A DNA stretch of 13,307 bases, taken from NCBI GenBank assembly GCA_020349685.1, contig CP070698.1:1940327-1953633 (forward strand), given 5' to 3'. A model generated the notes under the pieces. The model was given only the letters and a program-made list of their open reading frames with translations, searched no databases and had not been told where the DNA came from. This DNA is from a bacterium (GTDB lineage Bacteria > BMS3Abin14). The translations under genes and the position numbers were made by a program. This document shows, piece after piece, positions 1 through 7,962 of this stretch. Numbering within the stretch: the first letter of the stretch is position 1; every line of letters begins with the position of its first letter.

Positions 1-1
1 G

Positions 2-667
2 AAGGACTTCCCCGATCTGCTTGCGGGCCGGGACAGAAAATACGGCGGGACGTGGATGGGGATGACCAGGACCGGCAGGTTCGGCGCGGTCACCAATTTC
101 AGGGACAGGACCGAATCCAGGGAGCATCCGCTGTCTAGAGGTCTCATGGTGAAAACCTACCTGACAGGCGAAGGAAAACCGGAAGATTTTATAAAAGAGA
201 TCCTGCCGCGGGAGCAGAGGTATAACGGGTTTAACCTTATCGTCGGAGATCCATCCTCTTTTATCTACTATTCCAACCGAAGCCGCGATATGACCCCGCT
301 TAAGCCCGGGGTCTACGGCCTCTCCAACCACCTCCTCGACACACCATGGCCCAAGGTGACCCGAAGCCGCCGGGCCTTTATCCAGACCCTGGAAGAGTCA
401 GATTTCCCGGGCCCGGAAAGGTTTTTCGAGATCCTCTCGGACCGGACCATTGCCGGAGACGAAGAGCTCCCGGACACCGGTTTCGGCATTGAATGGGAAA
501 GGATCCTTTCTTCCCCCTTTATTGTGAGCCCCACTTACGGCACCAGAGCCTCAACGGTACTGCTTCAAGACAGCAAGGGGCACGTCACTTTCGTGGAGAA
601 AACTTTCGCGGAACCCGGCGATCCCGGTACGACGATCCGCCACGAGTTCACATTGATCGGCCGTTAA
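2..667 (+). CDS. NRDE family / TANGO2 (DUF833)-like protein, 5'-truncated by the window edge
   Basis: The frame is open from base 2 (KDFPDLLAGRDRKYGGTWMG...), upstream of the tracked ATG at 56. Family motifs: AGRD..GGTW.G, VTNFR, SRG, YNGFNL, GLSNHLLDTPWPKV, YGTRAST. Confidence 0.9.
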   Translation, partial: KDFPDLLAGRDRKYGGTWMGMTRTGRFGAVTNFRDRTESREHPLSRGLMVKTYLTGEGKPEDFIKEILPREQRYNGFNLIVGDPSSFIYYSNRSRDMTPLKPGVYGLSNHLLDTPWPKVTRSRRAFIQTLEESDFPGPERFFEILSDRTIAGDEELPDTGFGIEWERILSSPFIVSPTYGTRASTVLLQDSKGHVTFVEKTFAEPGDPGTTIRHEFTLIGR

Positions 668-695
668 TGAGGCGGGGACCAGACCGCAAGGGCTC

Positions 696-724
696 TTGAA
701 CTTTCCCTTTCTATTCCCGATAAT
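696..724 (+). promoter_or_regulatory. Putative sigma70 promoter for the diguanylate cyclase
   Basis: TTGAAC (696-701), a 17 nt spacer, then GATAAT (719-724), 70 nt upstream of ATG 795. Confidence 0.55.
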
Positions 725-794
725 CCAACACATGCATAGCCAACTATGTCCCTGTTAGTATGCTTGCGTCGAAGGGAGACTGCGGACCGATACC

Positions 795-1691
795 ATGAGA
801 AAATCTTTCTACCAGGAACTCATAGACAACCTATACGACGGCGTTTATTTCGTGGACAGGGATCGCGTCATCACTTACTGGAACAGGGGTGCCGAGGAGC
901 TCACAGGATATTCCAGTTCCACCGCTGTGGGAAGATCCTGCAGCGACGGTTTTCTTTCCCACGTGAACGACAAGGGTGAGAACCTTTGCCAATCGGGTTG
1001 CCCCCTGCTCGAAGCGATAGAAAATGGAAAATCCAGGGAAGCGGAGATCTATCTGCACCACAAGGATGGTCACAGGGTCCCTGTGCTCATCAGGGCTTTC
1101 CCCACCCGCGACAGAAGCGGCCGCATTAATGGGGCCGTTGAGATCTTCAGCGACAATTCGTCCCACGTTGCCAACAAACGGCGCATCGACGAGCTTCAGC
1201 AGCTGGCCCTTTTAGATCCTCTCACACAGATCGGAAACAGAAGATATCTGGAGATGAACCTGGAGGCCAAACTGGCCGAGACCGCCCGCTACAACACCCA
1301 GATCGCCATTTTTTTCATAGACATCGACGATTTCAAACAGATCAACGACACCTACGGCCACGCGACAGGAGACGAGGCCCTTCGCGTCACGGCGAAAACC
1401 CTCAGTGCGGTGATCCGACCCATGGACAGCCTCGGCCGCTGGGGGGGCGAGGAGTTCATCGCGGCAGCCGTCAATGTGAACAGCCAGGCTGTCAAGGCCA
1501 TCGCCGAGAGGTTCCGTACCTTTATTGAGAGCTCTACCATCCCGACAGCCGATGAGAACCTTCTCTTCACAGTCACCGTAGGAGCCACCATTGCCAGGAA
1601 GAACGACGACCTGAACTCGGTCGTGAAGAGGGCCGACGATCTCATGTACAAGGGGAAGAGGATGGGGAAAAACAGAGTGGTCATCGGATAA
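795..1691 (+). CDS. PAS-domain sensor diguanylate cyclase (PAS-GGDEF)
   Basis: N-terminal PAS (DGVYFVD..ITYWNRGAEELTGY, HKDG). GGDEF domain with DPLTQIGNRR, DIDDFKQINDTYGHATGD, an intact GGEEF active site and an RxxD (RPMD) I-site. Confidence 0.95.
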   Translation: MRKSFYQELIDNLYDGVYFVDRDRVITYWNRGAEELTGYSSSTAVGRSCSDGFLSHVNDKGENLCQSGCPLLEAIENGKSREAEIYLHHKDGHRVPVLIRAFPTRDRSGRINGAVEIFSDNSSHVANKRRIDELQQLALLDPLTQIGNRRYLEMNLEAKLAETARYNTQIAIFFIDIDDFKQINDTYGHATGDEALRVTAKTLSAVIRPMDSLGRWGGEEFIAAAVNVNSQAVKAIAERFRTFIESSTIPTADENLLFTVTVGATIARKNDDLNSVVKRADDLMYKGKRMGKNRVVIG

Positions 1692-1707
1692 CAAATCCGA
1701 TAACCAC

Positions 1708-1788
1708 AGTGCTGAAGTACTAAGGGATAAGTTCAAAATCACTATTCTTTATGGCTTATTCCTGATCTTGCTCCAGCACCTCAGCACT
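1708..1788. repeat. Inverted pair of short 8-mer arrays between the convergent cyclase gene and ackA
   Basis: AGTGCTGA-AGTACTAA (1708-1723) versus CCAGCACC-TCAGCACT (1773-1788). The outer 8-mers are perfect reverse complements. Confidence 0.55.
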
Positions 1789-2924
1789 TATCTCTTAGCA
1801 CTTATTATTTTCACCGTTTCCCTGTAGATCATCAAATCCTCATCGGTGGGAATAACGAAGATCCTGACTTTTGAGCCTGGCCCCGTTATCTCCTCCTCGA
1901 CCCCCCTGACCCCTTCGTTCTTTTCCCCGTCCAGTACAAAACCCAGCGGCTCGAGGCCAGTGACAGCCTCGGCGCGCATCTCGGGCGAGTTCTCCCCGAT
2001 CCCGGCCGTGAACACCAGGGCATCGGCGCCGGACAGGACACCGTGGTAGGCGCAGATGTACTTTTTCAGCCTGTAGGCGAATACCGATAACGCCAGTGCC
2101 GCGCCTGCGTGACCCCGTGATCTGGCCTCGAGGAGATCCCGCACATCGGAAGAGAGGCCGGAAAGTCCTTTCAGTCCGCTCTCACGGTTGAGCAGGTCGT
2201 GCACCTCCTCATCGGTGAACGCCCCCCCTTCCGGGGACATGAGGTAGTGAACGATAGCGGGATCCAGATCACCCGACCTGGTTCCCATGACCAACCCCTC
2301 GAGGGGCGTAAAACCCATGGAGGTGTCGACACACCGTCCATTCTTGACGGCCGCCATGGAGCATCCGTTGCCCAGGTGGCAGGTTATGACGCCGCTGCGG
2401 CCTTCGGACATATCACCCAGCAGTTGAAGGGCGCGGCCGTGAACGTAGCCGTGGCTGATACCGTGAAAACCGTAACGGTGTATTCTGTATTTCTTGGCTA
2501 TCTTGACAGGCAGCGCGTAATGGTGAGCCTCGGGGGGGATCGTGGTGTGAAAGGAAGTGTCAAAAACAGCTATCTGGTGCGCATCGGGGAGCCTTCTGGC
2601 GGCAAACTCGATACCACGGATGTTCGACGGGTTGTGAAGGGGGGCGAGCTCCGTGCAGGACTTGACCCCTTCCAGGACCTCGGCATCGATGAGGTGGGGG
2701 TGGCGGAAACGGCGCCCGCCGTGAACCACTCGGTGCCCGACAGCTTCCAGTGTCAAAAGCCCTCCGGGAAGAAGGGCCTCAAGGTCTGATAAGATCTTTT
2801 CAAGACTCTGGTCGTAGTCGGTGACCCGGTCCTCCATACCGCGGTGGATGATCAGACCGCTTTCCTTTTCATAAAGCGTGAACTTGATGCTGGATGAGCC
2901 GCAGTTCAGTACGAGGATCGACAT
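1788..2924 (-). CDS. ackA: Acetate kinase
   Basis: ILVLNCGSSSIK, GHRVVHGG, LAPLHNP, AVFDTSFH, YGFHGISH, CHLGNGCS, DTSMGFTPLEGLVMGTRSGDLDP, FTAGIGEN. Confidence 0.97.
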   Translation of the reverse strand: MSILVLNCGSSSIKFTLYEKESGLIIHRGMEDRVTDYDQSLEKILSDLEALLPGGLLTLEAVGHRVVHGGRRFRHPHLIDAEVLEGVKSCTELAPLHNPSNIRGIEFAARRLPDAHQIAVFDTSFHTTIPPEAHHYALPVKIAKKYRIHRYGFHGISHGYVHGRALQLLGDMSEGRSGVITCHLGNGCSMAAVKNGRCVDTSMGFTPLEGLVMGTRSGDLDPAIVHYLMSPEGGAFTDEEVHDLLNRESGLKGLSGLSSDVRDLLEARSRGHAGAALALSVFAYRLKKYICAYHGVLSGADALVFTAGIGENSPEMRAEAVTGLEPLGFVLDGEKNEGVRGVEEEITGPGSKVRIFVIPTDEDLMIYRETVKIISAKR

Positions 2925-2927
2925 GGC

Positions 2928-4202
2928 TTATTCCGGCTGGCCGCAGAAGCTGCCGGACTGGATCATCTCGTCGGCCATCTGCCACCGCTCCAGGAGATAG
3001 GTCTTTTCTTCCTCGAAACATGCGGCCTGCCTCTCGACCTCCTGCTCGGCCTCCTCATCGCTCATGTTTTTAACGATCCTGGCAAAGCTGGCGACACGCG
3101 CGTAATAGAGGGGCGTGAGCAGCTCCACCAGCTTGAACCGGTTCATGGACCAGCAGTGATAGGTTGAAACCGCATCGTAAAGAATATGGGACCAGGTGCG
3201 ATCGTCCATCTGGAAACCATCACTTTCCTCAGCAAGCTCCCGCACCCTCTGAAAGGATCCCTCGCTCAATACATTTTTCCAAAGGGGCCCGAACTGACGG
3301 TATCCGTTCCTGAAGGAGTCCACCAGATTGTCCACGTTAATGGGGAAGGGTTCCGGCTCGTGATTGATCTCATCACCGACCAGAGGGATATCTTCACTGC
3401 CGCGCGTGTCCCACCAGTAGTCCCTGTACTGCTCTGTGAGGCTGAAAAGGGTGGAGACCACCTGACGGAACATGGGCCCGAGACTCGCCCCCGGATCCTT
3501 GACGTCGTGGATCTTGGCCCCCAGCCTGGTCTGGCATATCTTGAACCGGTTCACGATCGCCATGGTGGTAAGCCAGATGTCGATGCCAAAACGGCCCACT
3601 TCCGTATCCCAGACGTCCTGATCGTAGATCTCACTGACCACATCCCTGGAAAAGGCGAAGTCTCCGCCGATGGGTTGACGCACCCTTTTTCCGTAGAGAG
3701 CCCGGTTCATGTTGTAGACGATATTGTTCGTGATGGTACCGTCCAGCTTGAACCTCCGGTAGTAGGGAGCCACGAACTGGTAATCATCGTTGAGGATGGG
3801 ACAGAGGAGGTTCCTGATCCACTGGGCGTTGATGCTCCTCAAATCGGAATCGACAACAACGCACGCCTCGGCTTTCAGAAAGCGGGCCAGTTCCAGAACG
3901 GCCCTCAAGGCCGACCCCTTGCCAGGAACACCACGGTAGATCGTGACGATAACCTCCTGGAAGGGGGACACCTGAACCGCCTTGGCCTCCTCCCGGGAAT
4001 CGTCCACGGACCCGCCATCGGATACGACGATCACACATCTCTTTTCGGGGTAATACTGGTGGAGCCCGAGGCTGACCTGTTTCAACACGTGGCCAATGGT
4101 GGCCTGGTTGTTGTAACAGGGAATACCGACCACGAGATCCGCATGCTCGATGAGCTCAATGCGGTTTCTTACCTCGTCTCTCAGGGCTGTCAGGTATTTC
4201 AT
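2928..4202 (-). CDS. GT-A fold glycosyltransferase, glucosylglycerate/mannosylglycerate synthase (Ggs/Mgs)-like
   Basis: VVGIPCYNN, SDGGSVD, YRGVPGKGSA, a DSD (DxD) motif, DGTITN, RQPIGGDF, FGIDIWLTT, GAKIHDVKDP..LGPMFRQV. The glycosyltransferase call is firm; the substrate is inferred. Confidence 0.75.
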   Translation of the reverse strand: MKYLTALRDEVRNRIELIEHADLVVGIPCYNNQATIGHVLKQVSLGLHQYYPEKRCVIVVSDGGSVDDSREEAKAVQVSPFQEVIVTIYRGVPGKGSALRAVLELARFLKAEACVVVDSDLRSINAQWIRNLLCPILNDDYQFVAPYYRRFKLDGTITNNIVYNMNRALYGKRVRQPIGGDFAFSRDVVSEIYDQDVWDTEVGRFGIDIWLTTMAIVNRFKICQTRLGAKIHDVKDPGASLGPMFRQVVSTLFSLTEQYRDYWWDTRGSEDIPLVGDEINHEPEPFPINVDNLVDSFRNGYRQFGPLWKNVLSEGSFQRVRELAEESDGFQMDDRTWSHILYDAVSTYHCWSMNRFKLVELLTPLYYARVASFARIVKNMSDEEAEQEVERQAACFEEEKTYLLERWQMADEMIQSGSFCGQPE

Positions 4203-4288
4203 GCCATGTTTCCCTTCAGGCTGGCCGGAACGGAGTTTCTACCCTTATTTATACCTGAGCAGGTCATATGCGCAACCCGGGCAGATCG

Positions 4289-4570
4289 TCAGAAGCGGAC
4301 CGTAAACCCGGAAAGTCCCGGCTCGGGAGGGGCATAGGCCGTTTCCAGGTTGCTTACCACGGCCGCGGAAGGGCCCTGACGGGCCCACCGGATCAGATCG
4401 TCCAGAGCCTCAGGGGCGCCCTGCGCCACGATCTCGACTGTACCGTCCGGCCGGTTCCTCACAAAACCGGCCAGCCCCAATTCCATGGCCTTCCTCCTGG
4501 TGCTGTCTCTGTAAAAGACCCCCTGGACGCGGCCGTGAACGATGATGTTGACACGCTTTATATCAGTCAT
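4289..4570 (-). CDS. acyP: Acylphosphatase
   Basis: VHGRVQGVFYR and GFVRNRPDGTVE signature motifs, 93 aa, GGAG SD upstream. Confidence 0.96.
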   Translation of the reverse strand: MTDIKRVNIIVHGRVQGVFYRDSTRRKAMELGLAGFVRNRPDGTVEIVAQGAPEALDDLIRWARQGPSAAVVSNLETAYAPPEPGLSGFTVRF

Positions 4571-4587
4571 AATCTTCTCCGCGCCTG

Positions 4588-4664
4588 GAATTCAGAATTC
4601 AGGATTCAGAAGTTTGAAAACCATTGTAATTTTTCCTCCTGGATCCTGGATTCTGTCTCCTGGA
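4588..4664. repeat. Inverted pair of heptamer arrays
   Basis: GAATTCA GAATTCA GGATTCA (4588-4608), then TCCTGGA TCCTGGA TTCTGTC TCCTGGA (4637-4664), ending 1 nt from the trmO stop. Confidence 0.75.
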
Positions 4665-4665
4665 T

Positions 4666-5073
4666 TCAATCATCTAATCTATGTATATGCGGCCTTACGT
4701 CCAGCACAGGTGTGCCGTCCACGGCGTCCATGCCCATGACCTCAAGCACATCTCCCCTCACCGCGATCAGATCCACCGTATAGACCGACAGGGGATTGGG
4801 CCTGGCGGGGCTCCTGGTCGCGAAGACACCGGTCAGGGGGGCTGTCGCGTCACCTCTGGGATGGGCGGTCAGGGTATGGCGGTCTGCCAGGTGCATCCAG
4901 CAAACGACGAGGAGCTTCGCCCACTGTCCGATACCCTCCAGGGCATCCCTGTAGGGCGGGAGGATCTCGATCCGGGCTCTTAAGGAGGCGTCGCGGCCCT
5001 GCCGGGGGGCGAGGGCTCTCTCCCTGACATCTGAACGCACGTAACCTACAGGTTTGATGGAGAATTTATCCAT
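4666..5073 (-). CDS. tsaA: TrmO/TsaA-family SAM-binding tRNA t6A37 N6-methyltransferase (single-domain form)
   Basis: IKPVGYVRS, APRQG, GVFATRSPARPNPLS, GMDAVDGTPVLDVRP. The probable start is ATG 5073 (MDKFSIKP), overlapping the mtaB stop by 8 nt, rather than 5151. Confidence 0.88.
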   Translation of the reverse strand: MDKFSIKPVGYVRSDVRERALAPRQGRDASLRARIEILPPYRDALEGIGQWAKLLVVCWMHLADRHTLTAHPRGDATAPLTGVFATRSPARPNPLSVYTVDLIAVRGDVLEVMGMDAVDGTPVLDVRPHIHRLDD

Positions 5074-6391
5074 TGCCCGCGTGCCGAGTCCAGGCCCCTT
5101 CGAGGACTTCCCCATCAAGGCCCTTGATGAGGATATCGGCGATGCGCTCACCCATCATCCCTTCACAGGGGTCCTTCACCAGGACCCTCAGATAGTTGTC
5201 GGTGAGCCCCGGCCTGGGTCCGGGATCACGGGTCGTGCCTTCCAGGGCGGCACGGAGCACCTCTCCGACAAAGGAGCTGGCAAAGAGATGCCTGTTCGCC
5301 TCGGCCGCTTTCCTGATGAGCCAGACCCTCTCTTTCTTAACCTCATGGGGGACGTTGTCAGCCATGCCGGCGGCCCTCGTTCCCGGCCTGGGAGAATAGG
5401 GAAAGGCATGGACGAAGGGGATCTGAAGCTCTTCGATGATGCGCAGGGTGTCTTGGAAGTCCCTCTCTGATTCACCCGGGAACCCGCATATAACGTCGCA
5501 ACCGATCCCTATTCCGGGAACCGACGTTCTCAAAATCCTGACGATTTCAGTGAAATGGTGAGCGAGATAGGGCCTCCCCATGGCCTTGAGGATGTGGTCG
5601 CTCCCGCTTTGAAGGGGTATATGGAGGTGACGGCAGATGCGGCCCTCCGCCGCCGACATCGTCTGGATCAGCCGGGGTGTGATCTCTAGAGGTTCGATGC
5701 TGCTGAGCCTGAGTCTTCCGGGAAGATCGCTTTCAAGGAGCCTGTCAAGGAGGTCCTCAAGGCTGGTGGCCGGTTGGAGGCCGCCGCCGTACTGCCCCAG
5801 GTGGATCCCGGAAAGGACCACTTCGGCGGCTCCACGTTCCATGAGCCTGCGGACAGCGTCGAGGACCCTTTCCGGGGAAAGGCTTCTCGATGGCCCGCGG
5901 ACAAGGGGAACGATGCAGTAGGCGCAGGCCGCATCGCAGCCGTCCTGGACCTTCAGAAAGCCCCGGTCCCGATCCCCCAGGTCCACAGCCGGGTCGTCGG
6001 GCCAATCACTCCAGTCGCCGGAGGCGTCCAGGCCGAGAAGGGCCGCCAGGCTTCCCTTTTCACCCGGCTCGATGACAACATCCACCTCTTCCATGGCCTC
6101 GACCTGTTCCCTCGAACCGGCCGACAGGCATCCCGAAACAACGATTCTGGCTCTGGCGCTGGCCCTCCTCGCCTGCCTGATCGCTTTCCGGCACTGGGCC
6201 TCCGTGGGACCGGTGACCATACAGGTATTGACCACGATCACATCGGCCTCACCGGCGGAACCGGGCCTCAGGCCGGCTCTTTCGAGCTGTGCCGCCATGG
6301 CAGCCGAATCGTACTGGTTGCTCTTGCAGCCGAGCGTTATGAAGGAAAAACGGCCGAACCCGGAGAGGCTCGGCTTTTTCAGCGAATTCAT
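5066..6391 (-). CDS. mtaB: tRNA t6A37 C2-methylthiotransferase (radical SAM, MtaB type)
   Basis: UPF0004 cysteines (TLGCKSNQYDS, NTCMVT, SGC), radical SAM CxxxCxxC (FLKVQDGCDAACAYC), GIHLGQYG, RLSSIEP, HLHIPLQSGSD, HAFPYSPRPGT. These fit MtaB better than MiaB or RimO. Confidence 0.9.
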   Translation of the reverse strand: MNSLKKPSLSGFGRFSFITLGCKSNQYDSAAMAAQLERAGLRPGSAGEADVIVVNTCMVTGPTEAQCRKAIRQARRASARARIVVSGCLSAGSREQVEAMEEVDVVIEPGEKGSLAALLGLDASGDWSDWPDDPAVDLGDRDRGFLKVQDGCDAACAYCIVPLVRGPSRSLSPERVLDAVRRLMERGAAEVVLSGIHLGQYGGGLQPATSLEDLLDRLLESDLPGRLRLSSIEPLEITPRLIQTMSAAEGRICRHLHIPLQSGSDHILKAMGRPYLAHHFTEIVRILRTSVPGIGIGCDVICGFPGESERDFQDTLRIIEELQIPFVHAFPYSPRPGTRAAGMADNVPHEVKKERVWLIRKAAEANRHLFASSFVGEVLRAALEGTTRDPGPRPGLTDNYLRVLVKDPCEGMMGERIADILIKGLDGEVLEGAWTRHAGNG

Positions 6392-6436
6392 AGGGGCAAT
6401 TTAACGGAAAGGAAGGAAAAGGGGAAGGGAGAGGAA

Positions 6437-6464
6437 GTATCTGGTGTCTAGTGTCTTGTGTCTG
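6437..6464. repeat. Heptamer array (GTGTCTN)x4
   Basis: GTATCTG GTGTCTA GTGTCTT GTGTCTG. Confidence 0.8.
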
Positions 6465-6677
6465 GAGGAAAAACAGTTCCCATAGGTGCGTATAATAATA
6501 CGTATTTGGAGTCTATATTCCAGAATCTGAATCCTGATCCAGGTAAATGTGCCCCCTTCCTCATTTCCTTTACTGAAACTGCCTGCTGAACGCCAGAGTT
6601 ATGTATCCGGTCTAACTACCGAAACCTGGGTGCAACGGTGTACCCGTGCACATGTTCACTCAACCCATCGTGTCTTA

Positions 6678-6712
6678 TTCTGTTTCCTGACTCCTGGATT
6701 CTGGCTCCTGCT
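6678..6712. repeat. Heptamer array (TYCTGNN)x5 abutting a stop codon
   Basis: TTCTGTT TCCTGAC TCCTGGA TTCTGGC TCCTGCT, directly next to the stop at 6713. Same unit family as 4637-4664. Confidence 0.75.
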
Positions 6713-7357
6713 TTATCTCCTCCCCCCTCCGGATCCACCGCCGCTGCCTCCGGATCCTCCGCCGCTGCCTCCGGATCCTCCGCTACCGCCGCTGCCTCCT
6801 GAACCTCCGCTGTTTTGGTTCCCATCGTCATAGCGGTCCTGCCGGTCCCTGCCGCCTTCCCATGGTCCTCTATCACGATACGCCTCGGCAGCCCTGCGCT
6901 TGATCTCCCTCTGGAACCTGATCTGGAACATGAGGTAACGCGCCGTATCCACGGGGGAGAGGATCTGCCGGACCTTCTGGATATGCCTTTCCTCGATCCT
7001 GGCAAGTTCCCTTCTGTTTTCCTGAAGCTCATCAAGGATCCGGCTGATCTTTCCCGGGTCGGGCTCGCGCATTTCGACGAGCCGGGCCAGCTCCCTCACC
7101 AGGTCGCGGTTCCGGGCCTCAACCCTCCAGCGCCCCTCGTCGGCCTCCCTTATGGCGGGGAAGAGCTTTGAACTTGTCTTCTCGTCAAGATCCAGGACCT
7201 CTGTAAGCTGCCAGGCCCTCAAAGCCTCGACCTTTTTTCTGACCCGCGCGAGATCACTCTCGCTGGCCATCGGGTCCTCGGCCGCCAGAAGAGGAACCTG
7301 GACCAGACCCAGCAAAAGCAGTAGACAGCAGAATCCGGCTATGAGTCTCATATTCAT
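6713..7357 (-). CDS. Secreted helical protein, Spy/CpxP/ZraP-like periplasmic accessory protein with a Gly/Ser tail
   Basis: Hydrophobic signal peptide (MRLIAGFCCLLLLLG...LLA-AE), charged helical body, LDLDEKT and LSPVDTARY resembling degenerate LTxxQ repeats. Third gene of the sigma/anti-sigma operon with an ATGA overlap. Confidence 0.7.
   Translation of the reverse strand: MNMRLIAGFCCLLLLLGLVQVPLLAAEDPMASESDLARVRKKVEALRAWQLTEVLDLDEKTSSKLFPAIREADEGRWRVEARNRDLVRELARLVEMREPDPGKISRILDELQENRRELARIEERHIQKVRQILSPVDTARYLMFQIRFQREIKRRAAEAYRDRGPWEGGRDRQDRYDDGNQNSGGSGGSGGSGGSGGSGGGSGGSGGGSGGGRR
6716..6811 (-). repeat. Coding low-complexity (SGG)n tail with 21-nt direct repeats
   Basis: Encodes SGGSGGSGGSGGSGGSGGGSGGSGGGSGGGRR. 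The + strand unit TCCGGATCCWCCGCCGCTGCC occurs at 6728-6748 and 6749-6769, with a third partial copy. Confidence 0.85.
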
Positions 7358-7962
7358 GACATCACCTTCTTCCTTACCCTTTCCGGGGCCATTTTTTCCA
7401 AAAGATCCTCGAAAATCCTCATCGTTTCCTCACTCATGGACTCGTAACCATCCCCCTCAGGGATCAGGTCCATGGTTATCAGGGAATCATCCTTCACTTC
7501 CCTGAGATCCGGACCAAGGGTCTGTATCAGGTCATTGATGAAAACACCCGAAACATGCAGGAGCTCCTCCTCGATCCCGAGGGAAAAGGGATCCTCGGTA
7601 CGGACAAAGGAATAGTCTGAGCCCAGGTCTTCCACCCGGGTGGGTGGTCCGGGCTGAAGAAGCATGAGAACCGCGGCGACGGCTGCCGCCATCCCCCCTG
7701 CCCAGGCGGGGACCATCCAACGCATCCTCTTTTTACGGCGTTCTTCGACCTGTGCTGTCACCTTTTCCGGAAGGCTGTTAAAGAACCAGGGTGGTGGTTC
7801 AGGCAGGTCCCGGCTCTCAAACTGCCTGATTATCTTCAGTTCGATCAAACAGTCGGGGCAGCGCTCCAGATGATTTTCGACCAATTGCGACTCTTCATGC
7901 ACAAGACGACCCCGTGCATAATCGAGCAACATATCTCTGCAGTTTTCCCGGCAGCTGCTCAT
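7354..7962 (-). CDS. Zinc-binding anti-sigma factor (zf-HC2/ZAS) with one transmembrane helix
   Basis: HLERCPDC (HxxxCxxC), a basic patch followed by the TM segment WMVPAWAGGMAAAVAAVLMLL, and an acidic C-terminus. The probable start is ATG 7962 (ATGA overlap with the sigma stop), not 8040. Confidence 0.88.
   Translation of the reverse strand: MSSCRENCRDMLLDYARGRLVHEESQLVENHLERCPDCLIELKIIRQFESRDLPEPPPWFFNSLPEKVTAQVEERRKKRMRWMVPAWAGGMAAAVAAVLMLLQPGPPTRVEDLGSDYSFVRTEDPFSLGIEEELLHVSGVFINDLIQTLGPDLREVKDDSLITMDLIPEGDGYESMSEETMRIFEDLLEKMAPERVRKKVMS

Noticed and set aside
725-794. c-di-GMP riboswitch in the cyclase leader
   Set aside because: The leader is short and lacks the GEMM consensus elements.
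3186-4337. 383-aa + strand ORF
   Set aside because: It lies antisense to the well-supported glycosyltransferase and has no recognisable motifs; a typical shadow ORF in GC-rich DNA.
5774-6451. 225-aa + strand ORF, and similar long antisense ORFs at 2199-2789, 9095-9817, 11311-12030 and 12318-12881
   Set aside because: All mirror conserved - strand genes and show no independent family signal.
6489-6502. CGTAT-AATA-ATACG palindrome containing TATAAT
   Set aside because: Five-bp arms in an AT-rich patch can arise by chance, and no supported + strand gene follows.
6540-6677. Possible ncRNA or riboswitch between the Spy-like gene and mtaB
   Set aside because: Only a short hairpin (GGGTGCA-ACGG-TGTACCC) is evident and I recognise no family consensus. 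An Rfam search would be needed.
6549-6833. 94-aa Pro-rich + strand ORF (PPDPPPLPP...)
   Set aside because: It is the antisense reading of the Gly/Ser tail and adjacent heptamer array.
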